A program made the translations under genes and the position numbers. This document shows, in pieces, positions 46,523-54,092 of a DNA stretch of 64,000 bases (its first letter is position 1; each line of letters begins with the position of its first letter). Below the pieces are notes generated by a model. It was not told the origin of the DNA. It worked only from the letters and a program-made list of their open reading frames with translations, and searched no databases. This DNA comes from Longimicrobiales bacterium (GTDB lineage Bacteria > Gemmatimonadota > Gemmatimonadetes > Longimicrobiales > Gaopeijiaceae), in assembly GCA_965116905.1 (NCBI GenBank), contig OZ220732.1, positions 1,664,001 to 1,728,000 on the forward strand. Reading direction: 5' to 3'.

Positions 46523-46912
46523 ATGACGATCAAGAGGAGCGATGTCGACCGAGGAAAGGTGGACTTTTCGGACGTGGTCGCCGGTGGTGAACTATCTCCG
46601 GTCCACCCTGGAGAGATTCTCCGAGACGAGTTCCTGAGACCGTTCGGACTAACTGTCTATCGGCTGGCACAGGCGCTCAGGGTTCCGAGACCGCGTCTGA
46701 ACGAAATCGTGCTTGGAAGGCGTCGCATTACGACCGACACCGCGCTCCGGCTGGCACGGTTTTTCGGCACCACGGCCGAATTCTGGATTCGTCTCCAGGT
46801 TCGCTATGATCTCGAGTGCGCCGAGCCGTCGCGCCAGAAGATCGAGCGCGAAATAGAACAGCTGAAACGTGGGCGCCCGGTTGCTGCTATCCCCCCCGAC
46901 GAAGCCATATGA
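46523..46912 (+). CDS. higA: HigA-family addiction module antitoxin (HTH-XRE)
   Basis: PVHPGEILRDEFL, RLNEIVLGRRRITTDTALRLARFFGTTAEFWIRLQVRYDL. Confidence 0.93.
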   Translation: MTIKRSDVDRGKVDFSDVVAGGELSPVHPGEILRDEFLRPFGLTVYRLAQALRVPRPRLNEIVLGRRRITTDTALRLARFFGTTAEFWIRLQVRYDLECAEPSRQKIEREIEQLKRGRPVAAIPPDEAI

Positions 46913-47945
46913 GGACCACGCCGCAGGAGGAGCCAGTGCCCCAGTACTGCGGCGGCATCCCCGCCGTACTCCGATAAACCTCCACGCCGGCTACGACACC
47001 GGGGTTTACGATGTCGTCGATCCAGGCCGGGCTGCGGTCCCCGCCCACCCGGACGCCGTCAAGGTAGACGGTCGGAATGCAATTGGTCCCGTGTCTGCGT
47101 AGTGCAAGAAAACCTCGGCCGGGCATTCGGGGATCGGGCACGGTCGTCACCCCCGGAAACCGCGTCAGTGCAGATGTAAGCTGAACCGGATTCCAGAATT
47201 CGAGATCCTCGCGATCCAGGAAATCACCCCAGCCGTCCTCTTCCCGCTGGTAGAATCCCACGCTCTGCAGATTCCTGTCGAGTCTGTCCACGGTCACCTC
47301 GATCGGGTCCAGCGCGATCGCGTCGACCGCGAGTTCGACGTGCAGCTTGACGACATGGGCGGCTTCCACCGTGACCGACACCGAGCGCTGCCGGTATCCG
47401 ATATGCGTGAACTCGACATCGTGTTGCCCGGGGACCAACTCGGATAGGGTGAAGCGGCCGTCCTCGTCGGTAGTGGCCATACGCCCGATTCCGTCAACGT
47501 TGACGACGACCTCGGAAACCGGCTCGCCATTCACTTGGTCTGTGACAACCCCCACGATCCCCGTGATCATTCCATCGCTCGAGTCGCCGATGGGCGTCAG
47601 GCCGAGGAAGAACTCTCCGGGCCGGTCGATCGTCAGATCCCCGTCCAGACGCTGGTAGTCCTTGTGAATCAATCGAAGGTCGTACACGCCGCGAGAGATG
47701 CTGTCGAGCACGAACCGGCCCTCGCCATCGGTCACTACGGTAAGGCCCAGCGCTTCCAGGACCACGACGACACCGGCGACGGGTTGCCCGGTCACGTCGT
47801 GCACCACGTTGCCGGTCACCGTCACCGCGCCGGCCGTCACCGCGGCGGTCTCCCGCGTCTCCTGTGCGGCCGTGGGCGGCACGGTCAACGCGTTGAGCCA
47901 GACAAGAAGCGGGATCAGGCGGGGGAGTCCTCTCATCTGTTCCAT
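46887..47945 (-). CDS. Secreted protein with two carboxypeptidase-regulatory-like domains and a TonB-receptor plug-like C-terminus, no beta-barrel
   Basis: Two G.V.D..TGxPV..V.V...TD..GRF repeats; CIPTVYLDG, AGVEVY, CGVVLIW. Confidence 0.78.
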   Translation of the reverse strand: MEQMRGLPRLIPLLVWLNALTVPPTAAQETRETAAVTAGAVTVTGNVVHDVTGQPVAGVVVVLEALGLTVVTDGEGRFVLDSISRGVYDLRLIHKDYQRLDGDLTIDRPGEFFLGLTPIGDSSDGMITGIVGVVTDQVNGEPVSEVVVNVDGIGRMATTDEDGRFTLSELVPGQHDVEFTHIGYRQRSVSVTVEAAHVVKLHVELAVDAIALDPIEVTVDRLDRNLQSVGFYQREEDGWGDFLDREDLEFWNPVQLTSALTRFPGVTTVPDPRMPGRGFLALRRHGTNCIPTVYLDGVRVGGDRSPAWIDDIVNPGVVAGVEVYRSTAGMPPQYWGTGSSCGVVLIWLRRGG

Positions 47946-48139
47946 AACCCCGCAGGCCTCGGAATGTTCGGAACAGGAATGTTCGGAAGACCGGCCGGCC
48001 TGGCTTTCCAACGGGAGTCGGGTCCCGCTTGTCCCTGTTTTACCCACTGTGGCGTTGCGGCTGCGCGCGAGGCCACGCAATATGACGTTCCGCGGCTCCG
48101 GTACGGCTGCGGGAACCAATCCGAAGGAGGATCCGACCG

Positions 48140-49105
48140 ATGTTGACTCGACGTGAATGGCTCCAATCGACTGCTGCCGCCGGGGCGGTGCTGTCTCTCG
48201 ATCCCGGCGTTCTGCGCGCCCTCGGACGGCAGGAAATGATGACCCGCGCGATCCCTGCGACGGGGGAGCGGGTGCCGATCGTGGGGCTGGGGAGTTCCGC
48301 GACGTTTTCGCGGGTGGCGCGGGGCGACGACGTGAGTCAGCTTCGTGACGTCCTGCAGACCTTTGTGGACTACGGCGGCACCGTCTTCGACACGGCACCC
48401 AGCTACGGCTCGTCGGAGGAGGTTTCCGGGCGGCTGGCGATGGAGATGGGGATTTCCGACCGGATCTTCTGGGCCACGAAGGTGAACGTGGCCGGGCGGG
48501 GAGGCGGATCGGCGGATGCGGGCGCGGCGCGGGCCCAGATCGAGCGTTCCTTCGAGTATTTCGGGGTGGATGAGATGGACCTGATCCAGGTGCACAACCT
48601 GGGGGACCCGCCCACGCAGGTGGGGATCATCGAGGAGCTGAAGCAGGAGGGACGGATCCGCTACATCGGGATCACGAGCACCAGCAAGCGGCAGTATCCG
48701 GCGCTTGTGCAGGCCATGCAGGACTATCCGCTCGACTTCATCGGGATCGACTACGCGGTGGACAACCGCAGTGCGGCCGAGGAGATCTTCCCGGTGGCCG
48801 AGGACCAGGGCATCGCGATTCTCGTGTACGTGCCCTTCGGCCGGACCCGGCTGTGGTCGCGGATCGGCGACCGCGAGGTGCCCGAGTGGGCGAGTGACTT
48901 CGGGGCCGATTCGTGGGCGCGGTTCTTCATCAAGTTCGCCGCGGCGCATCCGGCGGTGACGTGCGTGACCCCGGCGACGAGCAACCCGGAACACATGATC
49001 GACAACCTGGGCGCTGGCCTGGGCGGACTGCCCGACGAGGACCAGCAGGCGCGCATGATCGAACTCGTGGACGCGCTGCCCCCGGCTCCGCGCCGCAGAG
49101 GATAG
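48140..49105 (+). CDS. Tat-exported aldo/keto reductase
   Basis: TRREWL; VGLG, FDTAPSYGSSE, WATKV, DLIQVHNL, GRIRYIGIT, PATS. Confidence 0.9.
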   Translation: MLTRREWLQSTAAAGAVLSLDPGVLRALGRQEMMTRAIPATGERVPIVGLGSSATFSRVARGDDVSQLRDVLQTFVDYGGTVFDTAPSYGSSEEVSGRLAMEMGISDRIFWATKVNVAGRGGGSADAGAARAQIERSFEYFGVDEMDLIQVHNLGDPPTQVGIIEELKQEGRIRYIGITSTSKRQYPALVQAMQDYPLDFIGIDYAVDNRSAAEEIFPVAEDQGIAILVYVPFGRTRLWSRIGDREVPEWASDFGADSWARFFIKFAAAHPAVTCVTPATSNPEHMIDNLGAGLGGLPDEDQQARMIELVDALPPAPRRRG

Positions 49106-49137
49106 CCTGCGGGGAATACCATGATCGGGAGGATACC

Positions 49138-50784
49138 ATGATCGACCGCCGCCGTTTCATCGGAACCTCCATCGCGGGTGGCGCAGCGGCCGCTTTGGGC
49201 ACGGCTGCGTGCGCGCCCGACGGCGCGGACTCCGGAGCCGCGCCCGACAGCGGCGCCGGGCCCGCGGGGACCCAGCCCGGAGCCTTCGAACTCGACGAGG
49301 CCACGGTCGCCGACCTGCAGGCCGCCATGGAGTCCGGCGATCGGACGGCGCGCTCGATCACCGAGCCCTACCTGGAGCGCATCGCCGCCCTGGACGGTCA
49401 GGGGCCGGAGCTCAGGTCGGTCATCGAGACCAACCCCGACGCGCTCGACATCGCCGACCAGCTGGACCGGGAGCGGCAGGCCAGCGGGCCGCGCGGACCC
49501 CTGCACGGCATCCCCGTCGCACTCAAGGACAACCTGGACACGCACGACCGGATGACGACCACGGCGGGGTCGCTCGCACTGGAAGGGTCGATCCCGGCGC
49601 AGGACTCGTTCGTCGCCGAGCGGCTGCGCGAAGCGGGGGCGATCATCCTGGCCAAGCTGAACATGAGCGAGTGGGCGTACTTCCGCGGGGAGCGGGCGAC
49701 GAGTGGCTGGAGCGCGCGCGGGGGGCAGTGCCGCAACCCCTATGCGCTCGACCGCAACCCGTGCGGATCCAGTTCGGGCTCGGGCACGGCCGCCTCCGCG
49801 AACCTGTCGGCGCTGACCGTCGGCACCGAGACGGGCGGGTCGATCATGTGCCCCTCGTCCACCAACGGGATCGTGGGGATCAAGCCGACGGTGGGGCTGT
49901 GGAGCCGTTCCGGGATCATCCCCATCTCGCACTCCCAGGACACCGCGGGGCCGATGTGCCGTACGGTGCGCGACGCGGCCGCGCTGCTGGGGCCGGTCAC
50001 CGGCGTGGATCCCCGCGATCCGGCCACCGCGGCCAGCGAGGGCAACGCCCACACCGACTACACGCAGTTTCTCGACGCGGGCGGTCTCCAGGGCGCGCGG
50101 GTCGGCGTGGCCCGCAGCTTCCCGGGCTTCTCGCCGGACGTGATGGCGGTCTTCGACGAAGCCGTGGCCGCCATGCGCGATGCCGGAGCGGTCGTCGTGG
50201 ATCCCGCCAACCTCCCGAACGCCGCCTGGAATGACGCACAGCCGCTGCTGGTGCTGGAGTACGAATTCAAGGCGAACCTGAACGCCTACCTGGCGGGCCT
50301 GGGGCCGGACGCACCCGTGAAGACGCTGGCCGAGGTCATCGAGTTCAACGAGCGCAACGCGGATGTCGAGATGCCGCACTTCGGGCAGGAGCGGCTGATC
50401 GCGTCGGAGGCACGCGGGCCGCTGACCGACCAGGACTATCTGGACGCCGTACGCGCGATCCAGCGCGGCAACCGCGAGGACGGGATCGACGCGCTGATGG
50501 ACGAACACAACCTGGACGCGATCGTGGCGCCGACGCGTGGCCCGGGCTGGAAGACGGACCACATCCTGGGCGATTCACTGGGCGGCGGGTCGAGCGCGGG
50601 CCCGGCGGCGATCGCGGGCTATCCGGACATCACGGTGCCGATGGGGTTCGTGTCGGGGCTGCCGGTGGGCGTGTCCTTCTTCGGCCGGCGCTGGAGCGAA
50701 CCGGTGCTGCTGCGGATCGCCTATGCGTACGAGCAGGCCACCAACCACAGGGCCCCGCCGACCTTCGCGGAGACGCTGGGGTAG
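49138..50784 (+). CDS. Amidase-signature family enzyme, Tat lipoprotein
   Basis: RRRF + TAAC; GPLHGIPVALKDN, CGSSSGS, GTETGGSIMCP, GIKPT, QDTAGPM. Confidence 0.93.
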   Translation: MIDRRRFIGTSIAGGAAAALGTAACAPDGADSGAAPDSGAGPAGTQPGAFELDEATVADLQAAMESGDRTARSITEPYLERIAALDGQGPELRSVIETNPDALDIADQLDRERQASGPRGPLHGIPVALKDNLDTHDRMTTTAGSLALEGSIPAQDSFVAERLREAGAIILAKLNMSEWAYFRGERATSGWSARGGQCRNPYALDRNPCGSSSGSGTAASANLSALTVGTETGGSIMCPSSTNGIVGIKPTVGLWSRSGIIPISHSQDTAGPMCRTVRDAAALLGPVTGVDPRDPATAASEGNAHTDYTQFLDAGGLQGARVGVARSFPGFSPDVMAVFDEAVAAMRDAGAVVVDPANLPNAAWNDAQPLLVLEYEFKANLNAYLAGLGPDAPVKTLAEVIEFNERNADVEMPHFGQERLIASEARGPLTDQDYLDAVRAIQRGNREDGIDALMDEHNLDAIVAPTRGPGWKTDHILGDSLGGGSSAGPAAIAGYPDITVPMGFVSGLPVGVSFFGRRWSEPVLLRIAYAYEQATNHRAPPTFAETLG

Positions 50785-50811
50785 CTGGCCCGGGTGGGGC
50801 GCGGCCGCGCG

Positions 50812-50859
50812 TCAACCCTTCTCGAGGTCAGGCTTTCTCGAGGTCAGCCCTTCGCGAAG
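50812..50859 (-). repeat. Three 16-nt copies of the SRPBCC gene 3' end, each ending in TGA
   Basis: Minus strand CTTCGCGAAGGGCTGA / CCTCGAGAAAGCCTGA / CCTCGAGAAGGGTTGA. Confidence 0.8.
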
Positions 50860-51626
50860 CCCGTCACGCGGCGGATCGTCCCGTCCGGATCGGCCTGGAT
50901 GTGGTTGAACCCCTCGCTGCCGCCGCCCGGCCCCGTCGCGCGCCATCCGACCAGCGCCTCGCCGCGGCAGATGCGCACGTCGCCCGTGTGCGCGAGGCTG
51001 TAGCCGGGCATGTACTGGTGACAGCTGGCGATGTGCATGGACAGCAGTTCGATTCCGGTGAGGCCCGTCCAGTCGTCCCGGAAGGTGATGTCGTCGGCGC
51101 AGCACCTGCGGAGCGCCGCCAGACGCGTGTCGGCGTCCTGGTCGTTCCACGCGGCGACCCAGAGGGGCAGCGTACGCTCCAGTCCCGTGCCCAGGTCGAT
51201 CCGGTTCGCCTTCAGGTTGAGCCGGCTCAGCTGGAAGTGCCAGCCGCCCTCCTGATCCTGCGCTGCCTCTGCGGAAGGCAGCCCGCCGTGACGCAGGTCG
51301 ACCCGACACCCCGGCCCCGCGGGACTCACCCGGAACTCCAGCAGTGAAGACCCGGCCGGGTATTGTTCGGCGTGGGCCCCGGTCTCCGTTCCCCAGGTCA
51401 GTTGCAGGTGGCGCGCGTCGGCGTCCAGCGCGACGATCTCGCCGGCGATCACGATGTTGAAGTTCGGGAACGCGGCCCGAAACGCGCTTCCGGGGCGCGG
51501 CTCGAAGGTGACCTCGCCCTGCATCCATGCCGAAAAGAGCTCCGGCTCGGTGAGGATCGCCCACACCGTGTCGGGGCTCGCGTCGATCTCTACCGACAGC
51601 TCGATCACGTTTGCATCGTCTTCCAC
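50844..51626 (-). CDS. SRPBCC/AHSA1 domain fused to a SnoaL-like domain
   Basis: IDASPDTVWAILTEPE, LQLTWG, GWHFQL; C-terminal AWN..D...R, GTIRRVTGF. Confidence 0.8.
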   Translation of the reverse strand: MEDDANVIELSVEIDASPDTVWAILTEPELFSAWMQGEVTFEPRPGSAFRAAFPNFNIVIAGEIVALDADARHLQLTWGTETGAHAEQYPAGSSLLEFRVSPAGPGCRVDLRHGGLPSAEAAQDQEGGWHFQLSRLNLKANRIDLGTGLERTLPLWVAAWNDQDADTRLAALRRCCADDITFRDDWTGLTGIELLSMHIASCHQYMPGYSLAHTGDVRICRGEALVGWRATGPGGGSEGFNHIQADPDGTIRRVTGFAKG

Positions 51627-52045
51627 GTCTGTCTCCTGTCCCTGGGTTGTTGTGGGGGATTGGGGGCGCGGCGCGGGCCGCGCTGGGCCGCCCGGTGCGG
51701 GTTCGCACGCTCGGCTCCTGGGCTTGCGGGTTCCGCCACCACCGCCTCCGTGCCCTCCGCCATGTGCTTGAGCGCCCGCAGGCGGTCCGCCCAGAACGCC
51801 TCCAGCACGTCGCCGACGATCCCCATTTCGTGTCTGGCAGCCTGGTAGAACCGCCAGCGTCCTTCGGAGCGCACCGTCACGAGGCCCGAGTCGTGGAGCT
51901 TCGAGAGGTGCTGCGACACGGCCCCCACGCTCACGGGAAGCCTGGCGGCGATGTCACCCACGTTCCGCTCGCGGTCCCAGATCATCTGCAGGATCTCGAG
52001 GCGGCGGGGCTCGGTCGCTATGCGAATCATGAGGGCGCTGTTCAT
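51605..52045 (-). CDS. ArsR/SmtB-family transcriptional regulator
   Basis: EPRRLEIL, VGDIA, VSQHLSKLHDSGLV..RSEGRWRFY, FWADRL..LK. Confidence 0.9.
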   Translation of the reverse strand: MNSALMIRIATEPRRLEILQMIWDRERNVGDIAARLPVSVGAVSQHLSKLHDSGLVTVRSEGRWRFYQAARHEMGIVGDVLEAFWADRLRALKHMAEGTEAVVAEPASPGAERANPHRAAQRGPRRAPNPPQQPRDRRQTWKTMQT

Positions 52046-52048
52046 TGT

Positions 52049-52070
52049 TATTTTAGTATATGCTAAAATA
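52049..52070. promoter_or_regulatory. Palindromic operator TATTTTAG-N6-CTAAAATA, probable ArsR autoregulatory site
   Basis: Perfect 8-bp arms 3 nt upstream of the ArsR ATG. Confidence 0.75.
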
Positions 52071-52216
52071 TAGATGCGAGAAAGTGATGCCAGAAAGGCG
52101 GCGGGGGACCCTGGGGGTGCGGACCGGTCACAGCCCGTTGAATCCGGTTGACCTCTTTCGGCGTCCGGCTTACCGTCTCACGGTCTCGCGCGAACGACAA
52201 CGGGGAGGGAGGTACG

Positions 52217-52681
52217 ATGAGCGAGCACCTGCGCAACATCGGAGGGGCGGTTCTGGGGTGGATCGTCATGTTCGCCTGCGTTTTCGTGCTGATGTCGGGT
52301 TTCTGGATGATGCTGGGCGCGGATGGCGCATTCCAGGCAGGGAGCTGGGAGGTGACGGGCACGTGGAACTTCGGGTCGATTGTCATCGGTCTGATCGCCG
52401 CGGTCGTGGGCGGCCTTGTGTGCGCGAAGGTCTCTGCCGACAGCCGCGGCGTATGGATGCTCGTGGCCCTGGTCGTGGTGCTGGGAGTGGCGAGCGCCGT
52501 GCCCGATGCACCGATGGGCGACGCCGGGATGGCTGAAGCGGCGACGGGTGTCCGTCCGCCGGATGTCTCCATGACCGAGGCCATGATGACCGCGCAGCAG
52601 CCCAGGTGGATCGCCTGGCTGAATCCGGTGCTGGGAGCGGTCGGGGCCCTCTTCGGCGCCAGGCTGGTCAAGAGCGATTAG
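52217..52681 (+). CDS. Hypothetical 4-TM membrane protein
   Basis: GGAGG RBS; four hydrophobic segments. Confidence 0.7.
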   Translation: MSEHLRNIGGAVLGWIVMFACVFVLMSGFWMMLGADGAFQAGSWEVTGTWNFGSIVIGLIAAVVGGLVCAKVSADSRGVWMLVALVVVLGVASAVPDAPMGDAGMAEAATGVRPPDVSMTEAMMTAQQPRWIAWLNPVLGAVGALFGARLVKSD

Positions 52682-54071
52682 TCGCAGTCCACCGCGCTCC
52701 TTCGACCGCTCCATCGTCGAGGGGCCCATCGGCCGCGCCGTCTGGACGCTGGCGTGGCCCACGATGCTGCAGAACGTCATCGGGGGACTCCAGGGTCTGG
52801 TCGACCATGCGATGGTGGGGAACTTCGTCGGGTACGCGGGGAACGCGGCGATCGGGGTCTCGTGGCAGATCTTCCTGGTCGTGCACGTGTTCATCGGGTC
52901 GCTGTTCACCGGCATGGGCGTTCTGGTGGCGCGCTTCGCCGGCAGGAACGAGCCCGAAATAGTTAACAAGGTTGTTTATCAATCGTTCCTGACGGCCGCG
53001 ATTCTGTCCATCGGCATCCTGGCGCCGGTCGGGTACTTCCTCGCGCCCGCCCTCCTCGATCTGGTCCACGCCGCTCCGTCGGTGCAGGCCGAAGCACTGC
53101 CCTACATCCGCACGCTCTTCATCTTCAGCTTCGGGATGATGGTGTTCTTCATGCTGGGCGGGGCCCTGCGCTCGGCCGGCGACGCGCGGACGCCGCTGCG
53201 TCTCGGCATATGGATGACGGTGCTCAACCTGGTGCTGAACGTGATCCTCATCCGCGGCCTGGGCCCGATTCCGGCGTTCGGCACCCTCGGGGCGGCCATG
53301 GGGACGGTGATCGCCGCGGGGATCATGGCGTTGGCCGCCGCCTGGTCGCTCTTCCGCGGCCGCTGGGTCATCCGCATGCACCGCGGCATGGGCTGGCGAC
53401 CGGATCCGGCGATCATCCGCCAGCTCTTCCGGTTCGGACTGCCGACGGGGATCCAGGGCGTGGCCATGAACATCGGGGGCGTCGTGCTGCTGCGCTTCAT
53501 CGGCTCGCTGGCGAGCAGTGCCGAGGCCCAGGCCGCGTACTCGGTCGCGTACGGCCAGCTGTTCTCGCTCGTGACCTGGACATCAGTCGGGCTGATGGGG
53601 GCGACCGCCGCCGTCGCGGGCCAGAACCTGGGCGCGGGCAAGCCCGAGCGGTCCGCTCAGGGGGTGAAGGTCGCCTCGCGGATCGGGATCGGCGTCGCCG
53701 TGGGGACCGGGCTTCTCTTCCTGCTCGCTCCCCATCTCCTGCTCGACGCATTCGGGATGGACGACCCGGCGGTGGCGGCGCTGGGTGCGCAGCTGCTGGC
53801 GTTCCTCAGCATATCCGGAGTCTTCGTGGCCGTGGCGTTGGCGTACAACGGCGCCCTGCAGGGTACGGGGGACACCCGGGGCGCGCTCTACATATCGCTC
53901 GTCTCCCAGCTTGCGCTGCCGCTGGCGCTCTGCGGCGCGATCCAGGCCGCGGTCGGCCTCGAGCCCCACCACATCTGGTTCGCGATCCTCGCCGGGCACG
54001 TGACCCGCTGCGGCCTCGGGGTGCTCCGCTTTCGCCAGGGCCGCTGGCGGCGGATCGAGGTGGGGATCTAG
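52677..54071 (+). CDS. MATE-family efflux transporter; probable ATT start at 52677 (first ATG at 52764)
   Basis: FDRSIVEGPIGRAVWTLAWP upstream of the ATG; GDARTPL, LNVILI, AGQNLGAGKPER, GTGDT. Confidence 0.9.
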   Translation: MSRSPPRSFDRSIVEGPIGRAVWTLAWPTMLQNVIGGLQGLVDHAMVGNFVGYAGNAAIGVSWQIFLVVHVFIGSLFTGMGVLVARFAGRNEPEIVNKVVYQSFLTAAILSIGILAPVGYFLAPALLDLVHAAPSVQAEALPYIRTLFIFSFGMMVFFMLGGALRSAGDARTPLRLGIWMTVLNLVLNVILIRGLGPIPAFGTLGAAMGTVIAAGIMALAAAWSLFRGRWVIRMHRGMGWRPDPAIIRQLFRFGLPTGIQGVAMNIGGVVLLRFIGSLASSAEAQAAYSVAYGQLFSLVTWTSVGLMGATAAVAGQNLGAGKPERSAQGVKVASRIGIGVAVGTGLLFLLAPHLLLDAFGMDDPAVAALGAQLLAFLSISGVFVAVALAYNGALQGTGDTRGALYISLVSQLALPLALCGAIQAAVGLEPHHIWFAILAGHVTRCGLGVLRFRQGRWRRIEVGI

Positions 54072-54092
54072 GCCACTTGCGGGCTACGCAGC

